This document shows positions 25,696 to 37,306 of a stretch of 64,000 nt of DNA, piece by piece; position 1 is the stretch's first letter; each line of letters starts with the position of its first letter. The translations under genes were made by a program, and so were the position numbers. The stretch is from Lama glama (lineage: Eukaryota), in contig CM052816.1 in assembly GCA_028534125.1 (NCBI GenBank), positions 31,994,001-32,058,000 on the forward strand, written 5' to 3'. The notes under the pieces were generated by a model. It made no database searches and had not been told where the DNA came from. It saw only the letters and a list, made by a program, of their open reading frames with translations.

Positions 25696-25997
25696 CATTT
25701 CTATGTGGAATCTAAAAAACACAACAAACTAGTGCATATAACAAAAAAGAAGCAGACTGACAGATACAGAGAATAAACTAGTGGTTACCAGGCAGGAGAA
25801 GGGAGGCGGAAGCACAAACTATTGGGTGTGAGACAGGCTCAAGGTTGTATTATACAACACGGGGAACAGAGCCAGTGTTTTGTAATAACAGTAAATGGAG
25901 TGTAACCTTTAAAAATGGTATAAATTTTTTAAGAAAAAAAAACATATTTAAGTGAGCTAGTAAAATTTTGCTTGAGATGGAAAAATAAACAAATAAA
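25696..25997 (+). mobile_element. L1 3' end with a short 3' extension, inserted in L2
   Basis: ATGTGGAATCTAAAAAAC...GATACAGAGAATAAACTAGTGGTTACCAGG...; TSD TAAATTATAT at 25686-25695 and 25998-26007. Confidence 0.8.
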
Positions 25998-26121
25998 TAA
26001 ATTATATAGTTGTTTAATTATTTGTCTAGCTCCCTCACTAACTATAAATTTCATTCAGATAAGACCAGAGAACAGCCAGTATTTAGCACCTGGTAGGCAC
26101 TCATTCAATAGTGAATGAATA

Positions 26122-26347
26122 GGTGGTGGTATATTTTCTGACTTAAATACACCCACTTAACTTTTAAGGATACAAACAAGCATTTGAATGTGTACTAACG
26201 AGACCAGGAAGTCTGAAAGAGAGAAATTAGAAAATAGTTGAATGCATCTTTCAGCCACGGAAAAGGACATCCTGCCACTTGTGACAACATGGATGGTCCT
26301 TGTGGGCATTATGCTAAATAAAATAAATCAGACAGATTAAGACAAAA
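26122..26347 (+). mobile_element. TSD-flanked retroposed insertion (about 130 bp unassigned sequence plus an old L1 fragment)
   Basis: Perfect 15-bp direct repeat AATAGTGAATGAATA at 26107-26121 and 26348-26362; the 3' part is L1M-like (CCTGCCACTTGTGACAACATGGATG...GGGCATTATGCTAA). Confidence 0.7.
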
Positions 26348-26437
26348 AATAGTGAATGAATAAAACACTGAATGATGCTTCAAGTGTAATAAAGGGGAAG
26401 GAAAGTATGCTGTGGGCAGACATAGTGGCTGATAACC

Positions 26438-27162
26438 TGTTTTGGTGCAAGTATAAGGCAAGTACAAATTAAGAGGCTTAATTTTCCCTGTTGAAAAGAA
26501 GGAATTTCCCTCTCTCTCTCTGCCTCTCTGTTTTGTTTTTGTTTTTGTTTGTTTGTTTTTTACTCAGAGCATTTGCTATAGAAAACTTGTTAAGTACTTT
26601 CTCCTCTCTTTGAAATGGGTATGAATCCTTTTGAAAACTAGGTAGGCCTTTTGTCAGCTTTAGAGGATGTCTTTCTCAAAGGCTTGGGGGCTATCTTTCT
26701 GAAACATAAGCATCAAGAGAGGCAGCATCCCTATCTCCCAGTTTCCGTGGGAGAATATGAGCTAACCTTTGGTGGCCACCTTGCTACAAGTTGCAAAACT
26801 GCCTCCTGTCATAAAGGTACCAGAAGTTTGTTTTCCTTCTGGATAAAGCCAATTAGCTAACACAGATGGTCACCTCAAATACCAAGTAAACTAGGAATGA
26901 ACTTATGTGCAACAAGTGATCTTGTCAAGTCCTTTTACTTGTGGACTAGTTATCATTTATCTTGAAAATATGTACGTAACACGCTGTATCTACTTGGTGA
27001 GATTTCTTCCTGTCTTTGCAGACTCTTAGTGGATGGCCTGTGATATATATCGCATTCTGGTTTAATGCTTATTCAATAATAAAACTGTTTTCTTTCTCTA
27101 CTGCCCTTGTGGGGAGGTTTTCTGGGATGGATGACTTTGTTTCTGATTTTATTTCCCCAACA
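26438..27162 (+). mobile_element. Solo ERV1-class LTR (MER34/MER39-like)
   Basis: TG...CA ends, AATAAA at ~27078, and motifs CCCTATCTCCCAGTTTCCGTGGGAG and GCTAACACAGATGG; flanks TAACC/TAAGC. Confidence 0.65.
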
Positions 27163-27164
27163 TA

Positions 27165-28330
27165 AGCAAGGGGCAACCAATGGAGAATTTATAGGAGAGC
27201 AGAAGTTATCTGTGTGAAGAAGGAGACCAGTGTTTGTCATGTGAAAAGGACCGGAGACGTCGGAAAGGACTTGATACAAGGAGATGCAGGGGCAAGTTAG
27301 GTACTGAAGAGCATCTAAAATTATGTTAAGGGATGCGGACTTTGTTCTATAGGGAAACTGAATAAGCAAGGTGTTATCATAATAGCATTTGCCTTTGAAA
27401 CCATAACTCTTGTTGTTACGTGCACAAAGGATTAGAGAGAAGTATCAGTGGATTAAGGAGATGAAATTAGGTGAGATATTCAGCTATCAGGATGGGCAAA
27501 AATAATTACAGTAATAATTGTGGTAACCACAACCAACACGATCTTGAGCTCACTAGGTGCTGGGCACTCCTCTAAGCCCTTCACATAGATTGTTAGTAAT
27601 TTTTACAACTCAATGAGGTTTGTTATGTTATCATCTCTGTTTATAGATGAGAAAACTGAAGCATAAGCCAATAAATAACTTGCTCAAGGGTAGTATGAGA
27701 TAGAGCTGGAATTTAAACCTGGGCTGGAGGACAGTTCTCTTAACCTCTACTCTACACGGCCTCCCCATGTCAGTTTGGACAAAGGTGGTGGCAGGATAGA
27801 TATGGGAAGGTGCATTGAATCAAGAAATATTTAGAAGGTAGAATAGACAGAACCTGAGGATTGAATGGATGTGGGGAGTGGCTAAGAAGAAGGTGTGAAG
27901 GATGTTGCCCAGTCTTCAATTAGATTAGGTGAGCTATTTCCTGGGACAGGTGTGCCAAGAACACAGCAATGTTGGAAGGAAAGTGAAAGGATTGAAGGAC
28001 ACCCTTCAGTGGGGAACCAGAGAGGGGATGCCCAATGAAGCAGCTGTTACCTAGCTCTGGAGCTCAGAAGAGAACATGGCCCTGAACACAAGGATGGTAA
28101 CTCGGGTTATAGGAGGAGACCACAATACCTGGGGGGAGTGAGCACAGTCAAGGGGAGAAGTCTGGATCAAGCCCCAGGGAACATCCAGGAAGGCTAGCTT
28201 CATGGGAGAATATGAAGATCTATCCTGAGAAGTACAGGGAGACAGAGTGTGGCATTTGCAATGCCCAGAGAAAGGAATGTCCCTGAAAGGAGGTAGTCAA
28301 TAATCTTAAGAACTGCCATAAAATCTTCCT
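27165..28330 (-). mobile_element. L2 fragments with a nested MIR (~27510-27760)
   Basis: MIR core TTTATAGATGAGAAAACTGAAGCATAAG...TAACTTGCTCAAGG lies inside antisense L2-like sequence. Confidence 0.65.
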
Positions 28331-28412
28331 TGGCTCAGAAAGAAGGAAGTGAGGCTGTGGCCCTCCTGGCCCAACAGTCAGCAAATGTGAACATAAATCT
28401 AACTCAGTTTCT

Positions 28413-28733
28413 TTCTTTCTTTGCCATTGTCCTTATTGTCTTTTTCCTTTATTTTTTCATGGGAGTGCAGTTGATTTACAATGTTAATTTCGGGTATATA
28501 TCAAGGCAATTCAGTTATACATATACAGTCCTCCCAAACATATATATTTTCTCAGTTTCTTTTCCATTACAGCTCATTACAAGAAACTGAATAGTTCCCT
28601 GTGCTATCCAGTAGGTCCTTTGTTGTTTATCTGTTTTATATATAGTAGTGTATTTCTGTTACTCCCAGACTCCTAATCTATCCCTCCCCGCCTTCCCCTC
28701 CACTCCACAACCACAGTTTGTTTTCTGTCTATG
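28413..28733 (-). mobile_element. Lineage-specific L1 3' end
   Basis: GAATAGTTCCCTGTGCTATCCAGTAGGTCCTT...; 14-bp TSD CTAACTCAGTTTCT at 28399-28412 and 28734-28747. Confidence 0.85.
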
Positions 28734-29535
28734 CTAACTCAGTTTCTAATGGAAGTCTAACATGGCAGTACTTCAATTCATTTTTGCTTTAAATGCTCAG
28801 ACTGCTGTCATTCCTCCCCTCAATAGTACACCATATTGCTTTCCTTCTGTGAAGCTAAGTATGCAAAAGAAGATTGCAAATCCTCCTGCTGCCTCAGGAG
28901 GAAAACGCAGAAAATGAAGACTGGTGCAGTAAGCAAACTGAGTATTTGTCTCTGTGAAACCCCAACCAGCAGTTCTCATGGTCTTCTCTCAGACCCCAGG
29001 GATGCCACTGACCCTACAGCCCTGTTATCTGTGACCCTCATTTTCCTATTAATCTCATTTCATGACTCGACATTTTCCTTTAGAAGCAGATTTGGGGTGA
29101 GCTAATGATATTTGCAGAGATTTTGTTGTTTTCTTTATAAAGAGACCTGTTAATGGGATTTGTGCCTGGTTTGGGAAGGCTAATATGGAGTCTATTATTT
29201 ATGCTTAAAGATTTGGGGGAATGACTAAATAAGGTTTTCATTCTGTGCATCTGGGCAACTTAATTTCATTTTGTTCCCTGACATTTGAAGATAGCTTTAG
29301 GGTTTTCTTTTCTCTTTCCCTCTGTTCATTCTCTCCCAAACTCCCCCTTCTCTTCCCCTACCCTACGCACCACTGGATTGTTCATCTTTATTGGCTTGGA
29401 AACAGGATTGCAATGTGATTTTCCACTTGGTTTCTAGTGGAATGGAATTTTTAGAAGTTTTTCTATCTTCTGGCTGCATGTGGGTGATGAGGAAAACTCT
29501 CTCCATCAAAGCTCAGAAGGTATAGCAATACTTAC

Positions 29536-29600
29536 CTCCCAGGAATGGTTGAGGTCTGGAGTTGAGGATACGTGAACCAGTATATGAAATAAGGCCAAAC
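29536..29600 (-). other. Candidate 65-nt minus-strand exon
   Basis: Acceptor CATTCGTTCCTTACTTCCTCAGTTCTTTTAG|G and near-consensus donor GAG|GTAAGT; lies in non-repeat sequence; no ATG and no stop in any frame. Confidence 0.4.
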
Positions 29601-30349
29601 CTAAAAGAACTGAGGAAGTAAGGAACGAATGACAGGTCTTAAGGATCTGGAGGTACTCTCTTTACCCCTTCCTAGTCTTTCTGTATTGAGTCCTCACAGA
29701 AATGAACCAGCAGTGATTGGAATTCTGTGCAGGGCTCTGCCAATCCTGTTTTAGCACTTGACGTGGGTAGCAATAGCTTGAGGTAAGATGTGAGATTGTG
29801 AATGGGATAGCTCTGGGGACAGTGCCAGACAGATTTTTTTTCCCTAAGTTGATAATTTTGAAAACCACCCAAGTTGGGCTCCATTTAATTCTAAAGGCCT
29901 ACTCCTAGCTCTGTTATTGATTTGCTGAACCTTGAGCAAATTCTGTTTTTGCTTGCTCCACCTTGAAGTACAAGCAGTATTCCCCTCTCTCCAGGGCAGT
30001 GGGATGTTTCAGGTTGTGAGGGAAGTGAAAACATCTGCATGTTAGCACTTGCATTTTCCTCCCACTGCAGATGACAGTCCTGGCAGTGATCTCTTGCAAG
30101 GGATCCCTCTTGCAGAAGTGCAGGGGGGCATTGCTTCCTAACTAACTGAAGAACATCCCCTTTCAGCTAGCAAAGCATGAAGGATTCTGAGATGGCCAAG
30201 AACTTCCCTGCGGAGCTGGTAGATTCAAGTTGGCAGCAGGTAGAGAAGAGCAAGGCTTTCTGGAGACTAAAGGGATGTGAGCCAGGGCAGAGGTGTCCTG
30301 GCTGCAGGACTCTCACCTCCACTAAGTGGGAAGAGGGGAAGGAACCTCC

Positions 30350-30570
30350 ATCTCCTGAGTACCTTGTCCATGCCAGGCACAGTGCCAGGCAGGTTTATGC
30401 TGATAAGCTGGTTTAAGAACTGCTCAATAAGACAGACACTATTACATAACTTTGCTTGTGATGAAACTGAGGCTCAGAAAGGCTGTAAGATATGCTGATA
30501 GATACACAGTTAGTAACGCACAAGGATGGCATTAGAAACTCAATCTACCTGACTTCAAAGTCCATTCACT
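30350..30570 (-). mobile_element. MIR SINE
   Basis: CATGCCAGGCACAGTGC...GATGAAACTGAGGCTCAGAAAGG...ACACAGTTAGTAA. Confidence 0.75.
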
Positions 30571-30574
30571 TCCC

Positions 30575-31262
30575 TGATAGCCTGTTTCTGGCTCCTACTC
30601 TCTGCTCTGGCACTGCAGGTAAAGGGCGATCACTGTGGACTCTCCCCTACTCTCTGCACACGTTGGGGATAAAAGGGGCTGACCCTGCTCCTCGTCTCCA
30701 GGGGTGGGTACACGACTCAGACCAGCTGGTGTGACAACAGTCCTTCCTTGACCACTATGATTAGATCAGGGTGAGGCAGATGACACTAGTAAATCTGGAA
30801 AGTTTCAACACCTAGAGCTAGGACAACGTTCCTTCTTTCTTTCAGTGTTGCTAAGCCTGCAGAAGGTAAGCCTGGACTGCCACCACATAAGAACAGCCTA
30901 CCTGAGAATGAAGTGAGCAGAGAGGAAAGCATGGAGGAGAGAGGTTTCTAACATCAAAACTATTTGACCATTGCTTTTCTGCTGTGCCTCAAGCTAGACC
31001 TACTCCAGGACTTTTCACTGATGGAGCCAGCTTTCCACCCTGAGAAAATTTTTGCTAAGTTTTCTGTTGCTTGCAGTCAAACCCAGGGAGCTATATTCAA
31101 TTTCTGGTAATGAGCTGTAATGGAAAAGAAACTGAAAAAATATGTATGTATGTATGTATGTATATGTATAACTAAGTCACTTTGCTGTACATCTGAAACA
31201 AACATTACAAATCGACTATATGTCAATAAAAAATAAGAATAAAAAGAACCCTGATTAATATG
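30575..31262 (+). mobile_element. MLT1K-like LTR with an L1 3' end (~31082-31245) inserted near its terminus
   Basis: The MLT1 end TTTCTGTTGCTTGCAGTCAAA resumes as AAAAGAACCCTGATTAATA after the L1 tail (CAGGGAGCTATATTCAA...TTTGCTGTACATCTGAAACAAAC...AATAAAAAA). Confidence 0.7.
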
Positions 31263-31384
31263 AGCATTAAAAGAGGGAATTTTTAAAGATATAATGTTTA
31301 TAATGTTTCTGATCTTGGGAAATTGACAGTGTATACTGGGGGAGATAACACACACCTGTAGAAGCGTTAAATCATCTTTGTGTG

Positions 31385-31912
31385 CTCTGTTAGTTTTCTT
31401 TTGCTGTCATGATAGATTACCACAAACACACAGTCTTAAAACAAGACAAATTTGTTATTGTCTTACAGTTCTGTAGTTCAGAAGTTCAACACTGGCCTCA
31501 TGAGGCTAAAATCAGGGCGCCAGCAGGGCTGTATCCCTTTCTGGAGGCTCTGGGGAAGGAACCATTCCCTCGCCTTTCCCGGCTTCTAGAAGCAGCCAGC
31601 ATTCTGCGGTTTGAGACTCCCTTCCTCCATCTTCAAAGCCAACAATGTAACTTCCATCCTCATGTCTCTTTCTCTGACTCTTCCCTTCTGCTATCTCTTC
31701 CACTTCCAAGTACCCTTGTGATTACAGTGGGCCACCTGGCTAGCCCAGGATAATGGCCCTCTTTTAAGGTCAGCTGATTAGCAAGCCTAATTTCATCTGC
31801 AACCTTAATTCCTCTTTTGCCAGGCAAACTAACAAATGTGCAGGTTCTGGGCATTAGGATGTGGACATCTTGCAGGGCATGGGTTGGGGGAGGCATTAAT
31901 CTGCCTATCACA
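31385..31912 (-). mobile_element. MLT1D-like MaLR solo LTR
   Basis: TTACCACAAAC...TCTTACAGTTCTG...TTCTGGAGGCTCTGGGG...AAGGTCAGCTGATTAGCAA...GGATGTGGACATCTT...CTGCCTATCACA. Confidence 0.85.
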
Positions 31913-32249
31913 ATGCATTCTCCTCTGATAGCCAGGAACATGCTTTTTTTTTTTTTTTAATTTCATGTTAACTTGCCTGCTTTCCCAATAGACTGTGACC
32001 ATTTCTTGTTTCCAGTTTTGTCCCAGTGACTGCCAGGGAGCCTGTGCCATAGTTAGTGCCAATTAAAATTTCTGGGTTTGTTTGCTACGGAAAATAAAGG
32101 AAAGGGCAATCAGGCAAGAGGTCAGGAAAGACTTTCTGGAAAGTGATTGTTTTGTTATTGCTGTATCTTTGGCACCAAACACTGTAGATTTTCAAAGAAT
32201 ATTTGGGGAGTAAATGAATAAATGAAGGAGGGATTTGAATTGAATCTCT

Positions 32250-32361
32250 TTTTCTTTTTTTTTTTATTGAAATACCATCAGTTACAATGTGTCTGTCCAT
32301 TTCTGGTGTACAGCACAATGTCCCAATCACATATATACATACATATATTCATTTTCATACT
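32250..32361 (-). mobile_element. Short L1 3' terminus
   Basis: Poly-T followed by ATTGAAATACCATCAGTTACAATGTGTC...TTTCTGGTGTACAGCACAATG. Confidence 0.75.
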
Positions 32362-32609
32362 TTGAAACTCTTAAGATGGGTAGCATTTAAGGCTTAGAAT
32401 AAAAATTGTGTAAAGTATGCTGGGGGCTGAGGGAGAAAGTCACTACTTTAGAAAGTAGTAACTGATGTGGAGGGTTCACAAAAGGAAAGACGGGGTTTTT
32501 AACAGCCAGGTCAGGCGGGGGTTACAGCCAGCCTGCGGAGCAGTCTAAGGTGCAAAGGGCTATTGTTCTCTACAGACAATGAGGAATCCCAGAGTCCCTG
32601 CACACCCTA

Positions 32610-33750
32610 CATGATGCTACCAATATTCACTCCCTTGGTGATCTCATCCGGTTTCATCAATGCCATCAATATGCTGGTATCTCTCAAATGTATGCATTCA
32701 CATCTAACCTCTTCTCTGATCTCCACACTCACATATCCAAGTGCCTATTAGACACTGTCACGTAGGTATCTAAGAAGCATCTCAAACTTCACATGTCCAA
32801 AACCAAGCTCCTGATTTTCACCCTCGCTCCCTAAGACCACCTTTCCCTTTCCCCAGTCAATTACATCTTAATAAATGCCCCGTCTTTCAACAGCTTAGGT
32901 AGAGGATGGTGGAGTCTGCTTTCTCTCACACCCCCACATTCAACCCACCAGCAAATCCTAACCACTTTACCTGTAAGATATTTCCAGTATTCAGCTACTT
33001 CTTAACACCCCTGCCACTCAGCCTTAGTTCAAGCCACTATCATCTCTCAACCACTATTACTGTGTGGGCTTCCCTCATTTCACCATTTTCCCTTGATTCT
33101 CAATAAAGTAGCCAGAGTATTCCTCTTAAAATTCTAATGAGACCACTGCTCAACTCCCCACCCCCACCCGATGCCCAATGGCTCTGCATTTCACCTAGAA
33201 TAAAAGCTGAAGTCCGTACAACAGCCTCCAGGTCCTTATGCCCTCTGGCCTGGCCCCGGCCCTGCTCTGTCCTCTTTGCCTACTACTCTCTCGCACCGCA
33301 TTCTGCTCCAGCCACTGGCCTCCTTAACTGTCCCTTGAACACATCAAGCCTGCCTCTGACTCAGGACTTAGGTACTTACAGCTCTCACTCCACCGACTGT
33401 TCTTTTCCCGGATGTTCAAATGACTCATGCACTCCCTCATTCATTTTTTTTTTTCAGGACACTGCTAAAATACCACCTTCTCAGAAGCACCCTCCTTTAC
33501 CACCCAATATACAACAGAACTCCCCGCTCCCCAGCATTCTCTGTTCCTCTTACTAAAGGCTTTTTCCATCACAGCATTCACCACTGTCTGATTTACCATG
33601 TATTTGTTTATTCTGTGCCCCCTCTGTTAGAAATGTAAGCTCCAAAATAAAAGGGACTATGCATATGTTTTGCAATTTATACTCAGTGCCTAGAAGAGTA
33701 CACACCACATGGTAGGAACTTAATGAATATTTGTTGCATGAATGAATTAA
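32610..33750 (+). mobile_element. L2a 3' region (~1.1 kb)
   Basis: CATCTCAAACTTCACATGTCCAAAAC..., TTAGAAATGTAAGCTCC..., ending AATATTTGTTGCATGAATGAATT. Confidence 0.8.
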
Positions 33751-35904
33751 CAATGGAAAATAGATGAGGCAGGGCCACTTGGTAGTGGGCTTTGGAGGAG
33801 TGAGGTGGATACAGACCACAGGCTACAGAACCATCCAGGAGACTGAGCTAGAAGCCCTGGTTCTTGGATCAGGGGTGTGGGAAAGGAGAGATAGCATGAA
33901 AGATGTCTTCTTAGATATGGTAGAATGAATACTGGAAATATAGGTAAAAGAAGAGTTGGGGATGTGATAATTTTTATGGAAATGGCAATGTGGGTGCCAT
34001 TAAGAGAAAAATGGGTGCTGGTATAGGAGACCCTTTGGAGGAGAATAAGGGCTCAGTTTTGGGCTGGATTCCATTTGGTGTGCCAGAAAACATCCATCTG
34101 GAGGCTTCTCTCAGGGGAAAGGGCAGAGACTAAGCCTGTAAGATGGGCAGGAGTCTCACATGCTCTCTTGGGCCACAGTCTCACATTCAGGTGGGCCGGG
34201 TATCCAGCTTGGTTTAGAAAATAATCAGATGTGGTGTCCTGCCTGAAAGGCAGCATGTCTGGAGCTTGGCATGAGGGGAGAGGTCAGATGTGGGCCGTTC
34301 TCTTGAAGTGCTGAGAGGAGTGGGAGGCAGAGACCATCAATCGAGCCAAGGAAGAGCAAGAGTGTATGTCTTTTCATGTTGATGAGGAAGTCTGGAATTT
34401 ATCAGGATTTCCGAAGACAGGAAAATGCCATTTTATAGAAATTTCAGTCTCCTGAGTGATTGAGGCAATCTGTAGCTTTCAGTCCACTGGTAACTGGACT
34501 GTGGTAGCAACCTTGACTGCCCAGGAATGTGCTACATCATAAATCCTGCTTAAATATTTAATGCTCTCATGTTAGCCTAGCTGGGATTTCACTTAAGCAG
34601 TTTCCCAGTTAATTATTGGCCGAGTCTTGTTTGCCCACTGCTGGGTGATGGAGATTGGGTGCCTTCTGAGTGCTGGTGATGTGAGCAGAAAACATTCTGG
34701 GTGAGGACAGCATGGCCCCTGACATGGAGGCTGTGGTGACTGAGGGGAAAGAGCCGGCTCCCTAGACCAGGTCCTCAGATGCCATGGGAGGACAAACTAT
34801 GGAATCAGAGCCCCATCAATCGCCCAGTGAACCTCACTAAAAAGATAGCACCCCAAGGCTGAGCCCTCAACAGGTCATTTACTGACTCAGCCAATCCCCT
34901 TCAGGTATAGTTTAGAAAGTGGCAATGATTTATTTCTAGCTGGGCACCTCTGAGCCAACAGCCAAAACCAAATTATCCCCTCATTTAAAAATCCACACCC
35001 GTCTGTCCTCGTCAGTGCACTCTGGAAAAAGCACTGGCTCTGATTTTCCCTGCAGGGTGCCTCACTCCTTCAAGCTGTCTTTCTCTGCTTCAGGCCTGGA
35101 GCAGGTGTCTGCTTTGCCCTGGGTAGGATGAATAGATTCCTAATGGACATGTTAGTGTGGTCAAATATTTACCCAGATGTGTGATCTTTTCTTTAGGGTA
35201 ATGGATGATTTTCACTTTTGCTTGATTTTTGCAACCTCCAGGGGGATGACATAGCATCATGCTATGGAATAAGGCTCTCTTGTCTTCCTCTGCCATTGTC
35301 ACTCTGACATCATCACGGTCTAAACCTAGTAAGCTCTTAATATCCAACTGTCTGCCCCTGTAACCTGCCCAGGAAGGTGAAACTGTGCTGGAGCAGGAAA
35401 GCCCTGTCCTTCTGAGTCACACGTGGGACTGTGTCCCTTTGAAGTCTTGATTTCTCCGGCTGCTGCAAAGAACTGGACATGCTTCTCCATGGCTCCAGCT
35501 CTCACCCTCAGTCTGCTGGAATTTTCCTCTGCAGACTGGTTCCCCTCAGAGGCATCCCCCTCCTACCTCACCCCGCCAGCACACCAGCATCAGCTCTCCA
35601 ACTGGAAGACATACAGGAAGAATATACAAATACAGGAAGAGCCACTGCCCTCAAACAACCCAGCAGCAATCACTGAGACAAGGAAATGCAAAGCCTGACG
35701 ACCTGCTTGGCAGAGTGGGAGACAGGCAAGACAGAGAGAATCAAGAAATTACTCTCCCAGTAAACTACGCTCATACAGGACAAAGACCAGCTCTACTTAC
35801 TATGCAGCCTCTTAGAGGCCACGTCTCTACTTTTTCATTTATAAAGTGGGGACCCTATAAGATGGTTCCAGGAGATAAATATCATAGCTTGTCTAAATGA
35901 AGAC

Positions 35905-36300
35905 ATCGGGAATTCATTCTTTCAGTGTATACTACGGAGTGTCTCATATACGATAAACCCCAAGGATAAAGCAGGATCCTCTTATGGGATTGACATGCTA
36001 ATGAGAAGCTGACGCTTGAGGAAAAGAAGGAAGCCTCCAGCCCCAGAGGTGGGAGGAAGAGCATTTCTGGGAGAGGGCAGAGCTAAAACCAAGGCTGTAA
36101 GCTGGAAACAAGTTTTGCTCCCCCAGAAAAGCAGAAAAATGGCCAATGTGGCTTGGAGCTTGTGGGTAAGAGTGACAGTGGGGAGAGAAGCAGGGGAGAT
36201 TCGCAGGGCAGGGAGTTTGGATTTCACCTTAAGTAAAATAGGAAGAGTAGCACGTTCTGATTTACATTGTCGAAGATCACATTGTTTTCTCTGAGTAGAG
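35905..36300 (-). mobile_element. L2 fragment
   Basis: GAAGAGCATTTCTGGGAGAGGG...GGCCAATGTGGCTTGGAG...GGAGTTTGGATTTCACC...TCTGATTTACATT. Confidence 0.6.
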
Positions 36301-36675
36301 GTAAGAGGTAGCAGAGGAACATTAGACCAGAGTAAGGCAATCCTTTAGGAAAGAGAGTATGTGGTTTGGTTCTACATACAGGACTTTTTGCTTCTGGACA
36401 GTAAAAGTTGAGTCTTAACTGGTTTCCAATAGTATCTAAGTACATACATTCAGAGTAAAGCATCTTCCCTTATGATCTATATGAAGAGGTCTTTGTGACC
36501 CTTTTTAAACAGCCAGTCTACCTTTGTCTTTGGATCACATCTAAGTATGGTATCTTTATAGGTCAAAGTCATAGAATAATAGTATTCTAGAGTCAGTAAG
36601 AGGTCATATGGTACATTCTTTGCCTCAGCCTGGCTATACATAGACCTCTCCAATCCAGATGAATGTCTGCTCTTT

Positions 36676-37306
36676 AAAAATTTTAACATCTTTATTGAGA
36701 TGAAATGTACATGCCACAAAATTTACCTACTTAAAGTGTAGAAGTCAGGTTTTTAGTACATCCACAGAGTTGTGCAACCATCACCATGACCTAATTTTAG
36801 AGTACTTTTCATCACTCCAGAAAGAAATCTATCAATTAGCAGCTACTCTCCACTTCCCTCTGCACCACCCACCGTCCAACTCCCAGACCTAGGCAAGCAC
36901 TAACCTACTTTCTGTTTTCATGAATTTGCTTATTCTGTACATTTTATGTAGGTGCAGTCATAAAATGTGTGCCATTACGTGACTGGTTTCCTTCACTTCG
37001 CATAATGGTTTCAAGGTTGATTCATGCTGTAGCATAAATCAGTACTTTGTTTTCACTGATGAATAATATTCTATCGTATAGATAAATCACATTTTGTTTA
37101 TCCATTCATCAGTTATAGATATTTGGGTTATTTCTATTATTTCAAATTTTTGGCCATCACGAATAATGCTGCTATAAACATACATGAATACGTTTTTGTG
37201 GGTGTATATATTTATTTCTCTTGGATACATAGCTATGAATGGAATTGCTGGATCATATCGTGAGTCTATATTTAATTGTTTGAGGAACTGCCAGACTGTT
37301 TTCCAC
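36676..37306 (-). mobile_element. L1MB-type 3' end
   Basis: TTTATTGAGATGAAATG...CACAGAGTTGTGCAACCATCACC...GGAATTGCTGGATCATA...TTGAGGAACTGCCAGACTGTTTTCCA; decayed TSD ATGAATGT. Confidence 0.85.
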
